From the NCBI GenBank assembly GCA_904063045.1, contig CAJFCJ010000006.1:4356408-4420407 (forward strand): 64,000 nt of DNA. The letters are read 5' to 3'. Below the pieces are notes generated by a model. It searched no databases and was not told where the DNA came from. It saw nothing but the letters and a program-made list of their open reading frames with translations. A program made the position numbers and the translations under genes. This document shows, piece by piece, positions 38,760-51,215 of this stretch. Within the stretch, counting starts at the first letter, position 1; each line of letters starts with the position of its first letter. The stretch comes from Dimorphilus gyrociliatus (lineage: Eukaryota > Animalia > Annelida).

Positions 38760-40090
38760 GAAGATTTAGGAAAAATATTTGTCGTTTCTAACCCTAAGAA
38801 ATGAACTATCAATACTATTATTATATATTTTTTTTTTTTTGAGTTGAAGAAATGTGAATAGAATTAACTAACACACGATGTCCTTAGAAAGATATCAAAT
38901 GGTAATGGAAATTTTTATAGGTTTATGCACGACCTCGCGCAAAGATCACTCGTGATCAATGCGAAAGAAAGTGGGCCAATTGCTCTCGATCGATTTTTTC
39001 GAACTTTATTCGGACCATTTTAACATGGAGTGGTATTTGAAAAATAACTATTTATAATCAAATATCCAGCTGATACCTCAACCTTGTTTTTGTATTTTTA
39101 TACTAAAAAGAATAGGTAGGCCTAGGATGTGACCATAGAAATAATATTTTTCGCTATTCTATCACATATCTCTTTTGTCGTAAAGAATATTTTTACTACA
39201 AATTGTATAGGCTGTATAATGTTGAAAACGTTAGAAATGAATAAGTTGAACAAAAAAAAATTTCGGCGGTTTTATTTACGAATTACTATAGCTCTAATAG
39301 AAAAACTTTACAAGTAGCAAATGTATAACATGTTATAGCTTAACGATAAAGTTCTGAGACTATATAAAGAAGTTTGAAATTGAAGAAATTAACAGAAAAT
39401 ATTTACAGTATACACATGTTGTATAATTCCTATGCATATATATAGAACGTTGTATATTTTTAGTCCATCGAATTATTGGGATAGCCTCATTTTTTATGAC
39501 CTTTCAGGAAGAATATGAATCCAGTTATCAGAGATATAATTGGCAACGAACTTGTCATAGATATCAAAATATTTTACTTAAAATAGATGTTGAGCTTTGT
39601 TACGAGTGTGTTTTTGAAATTTTCCATAAATTTTGTTTACGATTCAAAAGGATTTTTGTTGTTGTTGTTAATACGCAGCAGTTGAACTCGTAATGAACTC
39701 ATTCTCGATGTTAGGCGATAAACAACGAAAAAGTGTGTCGCTAAACACGGTCCGTTGTTTTTCTTGCATAAAACGTTGCGTTAGTGCACTAGTTAGGCCT
39801 AAGGGATTGACGTCATCACCAGCATTAGAAACCATAGCGTTATGGTATAACTTGTATTTAAAAAAAACCTTCATTGCTTTGAGTAAAGTTTCTAACGAAT
39901 GACAATAATAAAAAAAAATGATACAGATGTTAATAATAATAATAATAATAATAACTATAAAAATAAAAGTTGTCATAAATCAGTTGTTATATCGTTGATA
40001 AGTTTCGTGAAAAGACTGATACGTCGTATCCATATGAATTGTATCATTTGGTGGGTGTCATTTTTTGTTACGTCAAAAGGGTTAGGCTTA

Positions 40091-41089
40091 TCACAAATCA
40101 GGATAGTCAGAATTATGATAATACGTAAAGCATTTCAGACTACCGTTGCCTTGTCCAACATAAAGTTCATTGTCCTTTATAGCTATAGAATATGGCTGAA
40201 CAATATTATCCTTTTTATCTAACAGCAGCCCTATATATCGTCCCTTTCCATCTATCTTTATTATTCGGTTGTTACCATAATCAGCTACTAAAATGTAGCC
40301 GTCTTTGTCTTCACAAATTCCAGCAGGATAACGAAGCTCTCCCTTAAACCTACCCCAGCAGCCAAATTCATTCTGGAAATTTCCATTCGAATCATATATA
40401 AACAATTTATGCGCCCATCTGTCAGTTATGACAAATCCTCCGTTCTTTAAACCATAAGCAAACCAAGGTGATTTGAAATTTTTATTCGTTATTGTCTTTT
40501 TAATATGCCAAGGTTTTTTCTCTGAACAAATGAACACTTTACCGGCGTCAGCGTCACAAACAATTAAATTATCATTGATTGTTGACGTCAAACCCCATGG
40601 TTGACTAAAATTACCTGTTTTCTTCCATTTTTTCAAGGAATAGGTCATAAGACCACTATCATCGTCTTCACTTATGTACAAGTTGCCACTTTTCAATCGA
40701 ACACAACTCAAAGACTTCCCCGTATACAATGTTTTTCGAGACTCTCCATCAAAGTTTACCACTGATACGCAATGCTTTTCCGGAGTTTGATAAACAATGA
40801 TTAAATCTGTTTTTTCTGCCTGAATGCACGATATTTGGGCATTTTCTGATAACTTTTTCTTCCACTTCAGATCTGGTATGAGTACACTGGGTCTTTTAAA
40901 TTCAACTTCCTCTTTGTCTGATTCAGCACCACTATCACATATTCCAAAATTAACTTTGCTAGGCTCTTCTCCGTCCCTTAACGATTCGCTGAGCTCGGCA
41001 ACACTCGAGACCCCGGAGTCGTAATCGGAATGTTTAATGTACTGGTTACTATCGACCTTTGTCAGGGTCGAATCATTCGAGTTAGCCAT
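40091..41089 (-). CDS. Stand-alone NHL-repeat beta-propeller protein (no RING/B-box)
   Basis: FSQPWGL, FKSPW, GELRYPAGICEDKDGYILVADYGNNRI, QPYSIA repeats; acidic disordered N-terminus. Confidence 0.85.
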   Translation of the reverse strand: MANSNDSTLTKVDSNQYIKHSDYDSGVSSVAELSESLRDGEEPSKVNFGICDSGAESDKEEVEFKRPSVLIPDLKWKKKLSENAQISCIQAEKTDLIIVYQTPEKHCVSVVNFDGESRKTLYTGKSLSCVRLKSGNLYISEDDDSGLMTYSLKKWKKTGNFSQPWGLTSTINDNLIVCDADAGKVFICSEKKPWHIKKTITNKNFKSPWFAYGLKNGGFVITDRWAHKLFIYDSNGNFQNEFGCWGRFKGELRYPAGICEDKDGYILVADYGNNRIIKIDGKGRYIGLLLDKKDNIVQPYSIAIKDNELYVGQGNGSLKCFTYYHNSDYPDL

Positions 41090-42119
41090 AAGTAACCAAA
41101 ACCACTCAGCACCCCTCTACTTCACCGATTACTTGTCCTATAAGAAAATGTATTATTATTTGATAAACAATCCCATAAATTAATAAAATTTACCTTCTAA
41201 TTACTCTTGGCCTACACAAACGAACGCCCGGACGGTTCCAGCAGTTATGGCTCAGCTGTCGCTTTTATACTCTATTCATAAACAAACTGCTCACGTGACC
41301 GCACTTCATGCATATGTAACAAGAAACGCATGAATAATCTTTAGGAATTTTCCGCCTGCCTTCCCATTCCCAACTCAAAAACAGGGACGTAATAATTGCA
41401 TAATTGTGTGTTCATTAAATGAATTGTAATTATTTGGCAAAGTATAGGCCAGTCTAATTACTGATCCATCATATAAACCATTAAATTGATAATGACGCCA
41501 TCTAGTAGATTATATAAACGTTAAAGTGTATTGGTAGAGCGTAAGAAAAAATCATTTTCAGATAAAAAGCAACAATCGAATTTAACGATACTTTGGCAGA
41601 AGCTAAAAACGAACTATACTACATTTTACACATTTAATAATTCAGCGTGAGTATTGGAGGATGAAAAAAAAGATGTGAAACAACCAAAACGCTTCGCACA
41701 TATTACGTACACAAAGAAATTTGTCTTTCTACTGACTAGAAAATATGCAAGATTTTAACAATTCATTCATTAATCTGTCCAAAAAAACGCTAGTCAATTT
41801 ACAACACTTACGTAAATATGTGACTATTTGTAAAAGACGCTGTGACGCTGCTATACTTCGTACAGAAACAAAATATTTTTATGTACAATTTTCCTCTCTA
41901 ACAAAATGATCATTAACGATCAATTTTTGAGTCGAAACAATATAAGGCATATTTTAGCAAAATTTTCTTAAACGCTCGCTTTTTTTTTCAATAAGAATTC
42001 CACTACTTTAATTAAAAACTTTTACATAGAGCAAGCGTTTCTCGAAAGTAATTAATAGAAAGTTGGCACGTCGGAGAGCGTCCCATGGAAAAAAAACAGG
42101 ATATTTAAATCCAATCATT

Positions 42120-44084
42120 TTAGGTTATAGTTGCATCAACTAATTCTGGGGCCGGAAAAGCCATATTTTCAATAGCACCCGAATTTGTATCGATTGAAGT
42201 CGGAGGATTCTCGGTCTGGTTTGCTGCATTTTCTTCTTTATGAACTTGCAAATGCTTTTTCAGGTGCTGCTTTTGTCGAAATCCTTTTCTGCATACTTGG
42301 CAGGCAAACGGTTTTTCACCTACGTCGATTAAAAATGGCTTATAAAAGTCTTCTATCGAAAATCAATGGTGGCTTTACCTGTATGTATTCGAATGTGATC
42401 CTTAAGGTGACTCGAATGATTAAACGTCTTATTGCACTGTTTACATGCATACATTCTCAGCTGCCTTTGTGCGAGCTTGGTCTGTATGGGCGTAATTTTA
42501 GGTAATGTTATAGAAAAATTTAATAAAGATTCTTGAAATCCTAAGGGCACATCATCTAAAACATTTTTAATATGGTAACAAATATATGTGAAAAATATTT
42601 GACAATAAAGGAATAACGTGAATGTTTGAAAAGAGCAGGGAAGCACAACATGCTACATCTAAAAAATCGCAACAATCCGACGCGGAAAAAGACACGTGAC
42701 GCCCGAGGGCTAAAGGAACGTAAAAAATTACACACACACACACACGGCGCATGCATCACAAAAGCCCAAACCTGTGTCACTCTTCCTCAGCATTCTTTGA
42801 AACGGGGTAAAATATTAAGAGTTAGCTTAGTTAGTAAGAACCTCAACCTTTTGCTAATACCAGTTAAGCGATAAAGCCTTGTAATGCAAAAAAGTTATTT
42901 TTTTTAAAGTTTCTATACCAGCTTTTTAGGAGATGAGTTGTTTTTAGCTTAGTGTCTAAACTGACTATACTTACTTTTCCTGGGGACATTTTACGAAATC
43001 TCTCTATATCTTCTGGTGAACTGTCAGAGTTTAGCAGCTCCTATAATAAGAAAAAAAAATCATAATGTATACATATATGTATAATCTATATATATACCTA
43101 TATTTATTTATAACCGAAAGAAACATTACGGAAAAAACAGGAAAAACGAATTACTTACAGAGTTCGGATACACTTGTTGATTTCCAGTTCCATAGGTTGC
43201 TAAAAATTGCATGTTTTCTGGTGAATATTCAACGTCGTGCTCCATCGGCTCTTGATGAGTAGGCGTCATCGGTCGCCCCGCTGCCAGAGAAAGAGATAAA
43301 AAAAGAAAAATATATGTATTGCATTTCAAACGCATTCCACAGACGACTTACCTGGACCGTTAAGCTTGTCAATTGTATTGTCGTTAAAGTCGTGTCCAGG
43401 GAAAACTGGAGTCGAATTAAACGCGGCATAAACATTTGTCGAAGATTCTTCTTGTGTTTGTTCCTGGTCAGTCTTCATATTTTTCATTGGCATGGCCTTT
43501 CTTTTGCTGCTTCTAGCCTTAGCCGGTGTAGGTTTTTCAGAACTAGTATCAGATGAACAATCGTTCTTCGTGGGCGTTGCTTCCTCACTTTTATCATTTC
43601 CTTCTTTCTTTTCACTTAACTCTTCTACAACTTTGTCAATTGACTTCTTTTCTTTATTAGATTTGGGCGTGCCACGGGGCGGCGTCGATAAATCGCAAGG
43701 TTCACATTGCTCAACTTTCACTATTCGTTCACCACCCGATGGATCAGTGACGCTCACGTTCTGTGTGTAAAATCCTTCAGGAACGCCCGCATCCGTCACA
43801 GGATGCATATAAGAGTAGTCAGCCGGCATTCCGCTTAACAGAGAATAGGGCCCTTTACTGCGGGTCGGCGTTTGTTTATGCTTAGCCTTTCCGCTCTTAA
43901 TATCCTGGTTAATATTGATCAATATGACGTCGTCTTCCTTATTTGTTGTATGCAAAGTAAGGCCTATGAGAGCTTCAACCCTAAAATTGGGGAACATATC
44001 CGTAATCATATTAGAGCGACAGAGCGTTAGAAGCGTCTCGCTAAATAAATCCCTGAGTCTCTCCTTAGCTAGGGTGGTACTCAT
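42120..44084 (-). CDS. ZF gene A: unnamed N-terminal domain + disordered linker + 2 C2H2 fingers
   Basis: Exons 44084-43352, ~43281-43159, ~43040-42975, ~42483-42379, 42319-42120; [51 protein letters not shown]. Confidence 0.85.
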
Positions 44085-44863
44085 CCTTGCAGAGTGGGTA
44101 CGTTTTCGTCTGTGTAATGGTATTTTCTACCCGGAGCGTTACCTGAAACAAGAACGCCACCTATAGGGCAATAAAAGAAAAACAAAATCCGAAAACAAGG
44201 CGTCCTCTATATGCGGGGGCCGGCCGACAGCTAACAACATTCCAGAAGCGCCTTTCAAATAATACCGCCGCCGTTCTTTACTCATGAACGCTTTTCTATT
44301 CAAACGTTTCTATTCACTACCGAGTCACAGGGTCTTTAGGCCTAGCCGCTTCAAAATCGGCTCGGCATAGAAAAGAACACGCACCGCCCGTAACCGGCGA
44401 GAAGGCATTAAAGCGTTATCTACCTCTTATCTCTAGACGGTTAGCGGAGCGGGTCGAGCAAACTTTTTTGATGTGTTTGGGAGCTTTTTTAAGACGCCGG
44501 CCGGGGCTGCCTGCACACGGTTTGCAGGTGGCGTATCCAAACTAAGAAGGGGGTTTTCCACCTTCACTCTTTATATCTATCTCCCTGCGAGATAGACGGA
44601 AAATACGTATACGCCTACAAAGAAAAACGAAACTCTTTCCCGTCATAGAACAATAGATGATAGGCCTATAATTACAACATATTCACGCGTTCGAACGCGT
44701 ACAGCTAATTATGAATCCTGTCATTAATGACGCAAACGCCTAGCAAATAGTCAAATAGCAGCGTTTAGGCCACATCCGGCGGCGGAATAGACTTAGTACA
44801 CTCGGTTTTTTTTTCTTTTTTTCTATACACTCTACGTTCTTTTATAAATAATGGCCGACGGTT

Positions 44864-44866
<3 letters not shown>

Positions 44867-44894
<28 letters not shown>
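44867..44894. repeat. (AG)14 microsatellite / GAGA tract
   Basis: Direct reading; lies in the GC-richer upstream region of ZF gene A. Confidence 0.9.
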
Positions 44895-44906
<12 letters not shown>

Positions 44907-46324
44907 CGTCTAAACAGGAACTAAACAAAATAAAGCATATACGAGGAAAAGAACTTTCTTCGCCGCCTAATTAAATCGAGAAGCGTCGAGAACCCTCACG
45001 TATATTTATCAATCTTCCATGTTACGTAATCAGATCGTCAGTGTCAACATGACGTCGGTTATTCGTAATTAATCTAAAATAGTAAAAAATATCTAGTGCG
45101 TTTACTTACGAACGAATCGGCTAACCTCGTTACATAACAGAATAGAGTTTTAAGGCGTTCGGTTAGGCTTGATAAAGTACGCAATAAAAGAGAAAAAAGA
45201 GCGACGGCGGCTTTTTTTGGCAGAAAGAAAAATCGATGAAAAACAGCGCAGACGCACAGGCGTCGCTGCGAAACGAGGTCGGGACTTAGCCAAAAATGGG
45301 CGAGGCGAGTTCGGACAAGCTTCGTTTTCATCCAAACGCTTTGACAAACAACAGAGCGACAAACACAAAGAGAAAAACGTTCCATACAAACCGAGATATT
45401 TGATGACGCTATGCAGGAATGAACTTTGAACGAATGGTGCGCGACAGGCCAGCTATACGGTACCACTAAGGCCAAATTGGCCAATGCTGTCATCAATCAG
45501 CGTCAATATGGCGCCGTCTAAATTCTTTACAAACCTTCTTAGCGCAACACGTGTGCAGAAACGAATGACGCCACGTATACCGAATCGACGCTATCGCAGC
45601 TGTGCGCCAAAATCTAGGAGAGCGTCAAGTGACGCCGCCCTGTTTGTCAGTCAATTCCGACCTCTTATCGATATATATTTTTTACGTTATAAACGCTAAA
45701 TGATCCCCCGATAGTCTGTCGACTATTATCGATTACTAAATATCTTAATCTTACCAGCAATATCGAGAAAAACGCACGCTTTTAAACTTTCGCAAAGTTG
45801 CTCGCAGGCTGTATATCGCTCAGTGAATCGATTCCAGATTTGCATACGCGTTTAGTACACTGTTTTTGGTACGAATGCACAGTTTAACGCTGCAATTTAG
45901 CCTATTCGATTGCGAAGATTAGAAGTATTGTAAAAATTTTCTCGAATCGAACTGTTTTCACTTACAATTGAAAAAATACTTAGGCCTCTTTATCGCTCTA
46001 ACACGAGTTATCGCAAAAAATTCTTGAACGTCATAGCAAATCTTTCGCTTAAACTAGAGAAAAGATTAATATTTTTAGATTTGGATAATTTGCTGAACTT
46101 TTTCTTTCTTTATATGAACTTTCATTAGGCCCTTTTAAATCGCTTCTCATCGTAGTTCAATAGAGATAAAATGCTACAAATTAGAGTATAATATGAGACA
46201 TCCATTCATTAGCGGAGGTGGAGGTCATCCAAAATTCATTCAATTACAACACTATATGAAAGTAAATGTTTATTAACTGAACACATATATGTATATTTAT
46301 AAATTTACAAATGGATTTCTATTT

Positions 46325-47362
46325 TTATTGAAGTTTGTCGGATATCGTGTACTTTTCCACTTTTTTCTCGGGGTCATAAGGTTCCCATCTACTTGCCGGG
46401 AAAATATGCTTATTTCTCTCATACCAAGATCGTAGGCAAACTTTACCAGCGTGTGATTCATCTTTCTCCACCTTAGCATCATGTACCAGACGAACATCAT
46501 CGTGAACATCAAAGCAAAATAGTGGACCAGACTTTCCTCTAGCTTTCGTCACTATTAAGTCATAAAAAGTATAATGTTGAGGTATAATAGTATCTTCCTT
46601 TATATACATCAATTGGTCGACAGAGGCTGCTTTTAATTCATTGAATTCCAACCTTAAAACTTCAAGGCATTTTTGTAGGAAATGATGGATCGTTATTCCT
46701 TTCTTGACGGTTATTTCTCTTCGATGTCCCGAGCCATCCCAATAAGAATAAGTGATGTTTAAAAGTTCATTCTTAATTGTTTGTTGTTTTTCTTCCCATT
46801 CCTCTCTAAGTTTAGCTCGTAGTCTATTTTCCTCTTCTTCTCTATCTCGATCAGGCAGAAAACTTGTATCAACGGTAGGGTCTTTTCCAAATCTCTTTTT
46901 CTTTGGATCGATTTCTTTATCAGTGTTGTCTTCAACAAATTTCTCCTCCGGCTCCTCTATTTCGTCGTCTTCTCCGTAATCATCATCCTCATAAATGTCG
47001 AATGAAAGCTTTGTTTTATTCTCCTCCCTCTTTCTTTTTTTGATTGCTTTTTCTTCTTCCGCTTTTTCTTCAGCTAATCTGGCATCAGCGGCAGCCTGAG
47101 CTAATTGAGCTTCACGTTCTTTAACTGCACATTCTTGCTTCTTACGCATCTCATCAAGGGTTACTAGCCCGACAGTATTTGTTTTTAGTCTTTGTTCGAT
47201 AGCATCATAGTGAGAAGCAAATTTATCTATAATATTCCCTACATTGTTTTCTTCTTCAATTTTCTTTTTTCGTAATTCTAATTCTTCAACTTCTCTCTGA
47301 CGCCTTTTCAGGATATTTTTAGCACGTTGAGCCTCCTGAGCTGCTCCTTTGTACTGAGCCAT
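46325..47362 (-). CDS. FAM50A: FAM50A/XAP5 spliceosome-associated nuclear protein (intronless)
   Basis: [73 protein letters not shown]. Confidence 0.97.
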   Translation of the reverse strand: MAQYKGAAQEAQRAKNILKRRQREVEELELRKKKIEEENNVGNIIDKFASHYDAIEQRLKTNTVGLVTLDEMRKKQECAVKEREAQLAQAAADARLAEEKAEEEKAIKKRKREENKTKLSFDIYEDDDYGEDDEIEEPEEKFVEDNTDKEIDPKKKRFGKDPTVDTSFLPDRDREEEENRLRAKLREEWEEKQQTIKNELLNITYSYWDGSGHRREITVKKGITIHHFLQKCLEVLRLEFNELKAASVDQLMYIKEDTIIPQHYTFYDLIVTKARGKSGPLFCFDVHDDVRLVHDAKVEKDESHAGKVCLRSWYERNKHIFPASRWEPYDPEKKVEKYTISDKLQ

Positions 47363-47648
47363 GTTTGAAAATATGAATTATTCTATCTGAGGGAGAAAAA
47401 TTAAAATATTGGAGTGGAAGAGTTGTTCAGGATAGTATACAATACTAACAACGGAAGCGGAAATTGCAGAACATACCGGGCTTTCACTAAGTTAAATAAT
47501 TTTCAAAATCTAGTCATTTCTTACTTAAAATTTGAATTTTGCACTCTTCTAATGAAAGGTATACCACCATAACATATCACTTATGTAACTATTGATTAAA
47601 TGTGATGTGCAAATTAAAACTTTTTAAAAAATCGCGCAGTTCTTTAAA

Positions 47649-49656
47649 ATGGCAACAACATCGCGGCTCATCAAAAAGCTGGATGAAGCAGTTATAAACC
47701 GTATAGCCGCCGGCGAAGTAATACAAGGTACGCCCAACCCATTTTTAGAGAATAAACGCTCACTTTCCCGTATTGACAGGGCCCTGGAATGCTGTTAAGG
47801 AAATGATAGAAAATTGCCTAGACGCCAAAGCTACTAATATATTAGTGGTCGTAAAACAGGGAGGCCTAAAGTTGATTCAGATTCAAGATAACGGGAAAGG
47901 CATTCATAAATGCGACATGGACGCTGTCTGCGAACGATTTGCTACAAGTAAATTAACCACGTTCGACGATTTGTCATCAATTTCCACTTATGGCTTTAGA
48001 GGGGAAGCTTTAGCAAGCATAAGTCACGTAGCACATATCACAATTACAAGTAAAACTGCTAATTCTCAATGCGCCTTCAAGGGTTCTTATTCTGACGGCA
48101 AATTAAAGGAGCCTGTTAAACCATGTGCAGGTACCCAAGGCACACAAATAACTGTTGAAGATTTATTCTACAATGTCCCTACAAGGAGGAAAGCTATAAA
48201 AAGTGCCACAGAAGAGTATAATAAATTATACGATGTGATCAGCAAATATGCTATTCACAATTCTAAAACTACTTTTACATTGAAAAAACATGGAGAAAAT
48301 GCTGCTATTCGCACTCAATCAGGTAGTACAGTCGATAATATTCAGAATATTTATGGAGGAGAAGTTAGTAGAGAACTGATAAAGGTAGAACATCACGACG
48401 AACAGTACAAATTTAAGGTACAAGGTCATGTTTCGAATGCCAACTATAACGCCAAAAAGTGTATACTTTTACTCTTCATCAATCATCGTCTTGTCGAGTC
48501 ATCAGCCTTGAAGAAAGCATTGGAAAGCGTTTACGCCAATTATCTCCCTAAAGGAAGCCACCCGTTCATGTATCTAAGTTTGGAAATTATACCTCAAAAT
48601 GTTGATGTTAATGTTCATCCAACAAAGCACGAAGTTCATTTTCTACATGAAGAAGCCATAATTGAATCTGTGCAAAGAGTTTTAGAAAACGTTCTTCTCG
48701 ATTCAAATAAAAGTAGGACTTTTCTAACGCAAGCTATTCTCCCCTCTTCGTTTGGCGTAAGCCAAAAAGAAGAAGAAAAACCAAAGGAAGTAGAAAAAAT
48801 ATATGATCATAATTTAGTGCGAACTGATAGTAAAGAAAGAAAATTAGAATCTTTCATCTCGTCACAGTCGTCAGATATTATAACCTCGGATCAAACATGT
48901 AATGGTACGAAGAAAGAACGAAAAGTGCATCTCAAGAGTGTTTTGAGCCTTCGTGCAGAAGTTGAAAGTGACTTGAACATCAATTTGAGAGAGATATTCA
49001 AGGAACATAAATTTGTTGGTTGTGTGGAGAGAAAATTTTCTTTAATGCAGCACGCGCAAGAACTTTATTTGGTGGACGTTTATGAATTAAGTCGAGAGCT
49101 ATTTTATCAGATTATGCTTTATGACTTTGGCAATTACGGCTCTATTTCTTTAGAGGAGCCTGCTAATATAATAGAATTAGCTAAAATAGCTTTAGACCTT
49201 CCAGAGATAGGCTGGACTATAGAAAATGGACCTAAAGTCGAATTGGCGCAACAGATCGATATTGTTCTTCGATCTCATGCTGAATTACTTTTTGATTATT
49301 TCTCATTGGAAATCGATAAAGAAGGAAATATAATATCACTGCCTTATTTATTGGAGAACTATATACCACCACTCCAAGGTCTGCCTGTGTATATTTTGAG
49401 ATTGGCGTCAGACGTTGACTGGACGACAGAGAAGGAGTGTTTTGAAGGAGTATGCAAGGAAACTAGTGACTTTTATGCAATGGGTAATGGCTATGAGCAC
49501 TTAGATCAACATCAAGAAAAAGATTGGAGGTGGATGACTGAATATACTCTTTTTCCAAATTTCAGAAACACATTACTACCAACAAACAGTATGGCAAATC
49601 ATCTTATCAAATTGGCAAGCCTACCAGATTTATATAAAGTATTTGAAAGATGTTAA
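47649..49656 (+). CDS. MLH1: DNA mismatch repair protein MLH1 (single intron 47728-47779)
   Basis: NRIAAGEVIQ, EMIENCLDA, TYGFRGEALASIS, VDVNVHPTKHEVHFL, C-terminal DLYKVFERC. Confidence 0.98.
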
Positions 49657-50009
49657 TAGTCTCTTTTATTTTCAAGTGTACAAATCACAAAATTGTTTAC
49701 CTTTTTTCCAAGCATAATCGGCAAATTTTGATATAAAAAGTCTAGTTCAATTTAAAATGAATCAATAATCTTATCTGAACAGCATACATACAACAGACAG
49801 ATAAGTGCTTTGCAGTTTGAATATTGATTGAACACTCCTATCTAAACGTTCAATAACTCGACCTACTTTTAATACATAAATCTATCAGGGGAATTGTAAA
49901 CTTCTAAAACTACATACATGCAAGTACAAGACGTATAAGTAGTTTAAAAAAACATTTAGTAGAAAATTATGCATAGGTTTTAAAGGGTCAATCAGTTCAT
50001 GATACTGAA

Positions 50010-50372
50010 TCAGACGTTAGCTTGCTCAGTGAGAAATTGTCGAATCTTGTGTAGTAGTTCTTTCTTTACGGTATCCGGAACAAGTGCACGACCTTTCGGC
50101 GTCACCTCTGCGACCAAATCATCCACTGATACCGTTTCTATTCCACGTTCTCTAATAACTTGTTTACAATAAGCTCGTACCTTCTCTCTCCAGCCACATT
50201 CGTCAAGCCTAGATATATTTTTAACAATTATTATAAAATCGCTCGATTGTTTTGAAACAACAATACAAAATACCAACCTCATGCGAAGTAATCTCTTTAG
50301 TTTTTCCTTTTCACCAGTTTCTTCCAATTTTTGATTAATCGTTTCACGGATTATAAGCTCTCTATCACCCAT
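50010..50372 (-). CDS. ENY2: ENY2/Sus1 (SAGA DUB and TREX-2 subunit), one 69-bp intron
   Basis: [56 protein letters not shown]; intron 50277-50209. Confidence 0.95.
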   Translation of the reverse strand: MGDRELIIRETINQKLEETGEKEKLKRLLRMRLVFCIVVSKQSSDFIIIVKNISRLDECGWREKVRAYCKQVIRERGIETVSVDDLVAEVTPKGRALVPDTVKKELLHKIRQFLTEQANV

Positions 50373-51215
50373 TTTTCTATTCAAGTTATTTAATAACTGA
50401 AAAAAGGTTTATTCGTAAATAAAAAAAATAATTACACAGCTGCGCTATTCGATTCGAGAATTGCCCCTATTGATATAATCTTGCATATTTCAATTTTTAG
50501 AAAAAATCTAGTAAAATAATTTAATGCTTTTACTTGATTACTAAGTAATCAACCGATTCTTATTAGTAAAAATATTACTGCGTCTCAGATAATTAAAAAT
50601 CAAATCTACTTACGGTCCCGCGTGCCAAATATTTCTCGTAAAAAACGAACTTGTTGTGTACTCGATTTCGTAGTGAGCGCGCCAAGTTTTTTCCCCCTTT
50701 ACAATATTGCAGTTTAAATTCGGCGCGACACGAATCGAATACGCACCCCGCTACAGCTCTTTGCAGTTCGAACCGAACATCTTTACGTTATCGTCGTTTT
50801 CTGTCGTTTTCGCGCTTTGACTAGCCGATTTTTGCAGTTTTGGTAAGCGATTATCTAATCACTCAACGTTTATAGTGTGAATAGCAACTTTTTGCTGTAC
50901 GAAATAGTAAATAATCGTCGTTTGTTTTGCAGTATTGCGCTGCGACAGCAGCAGGTATAGTGCGCCATTGTGCAGCTCCCGCCCAACGGTCGCGTTCTTT
51001 AAAAAATTTCTCCCGAAAGTATTACAGACGTCCCATTAATATCATTATTCAAATCAACAGCTGCTTATAAAAGTATTGCAGCTGTTTCCACCGTGCCTTG
51101 CAGCTGCCGCATGTTGAATACCGCGTTCACGATCCTCGTTCTATTCAACTGTAACACTGCAATTTATACTGCAATTCTGTTCATTACAGGCTGTTTCCCA
51201 ACCCGCATTCAAATT

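Noticed and set aside
39931-39955. (AAT)n tract, also (AT)n tracts at ~61905-61950 and ~63100-63140 and a GCT run at ~34641
   Set aside because: Ordinary microsatellites; the GCT run is a poly-Ala codon stretch in STAM.
45074-45699. ORFs 45074..45496, 45169..45429 and 45484..45699
   Set aside because: Overlapping frames on both strands in a promoter-like region with no recognisable protein; treated as regulatory or UTR sequence.
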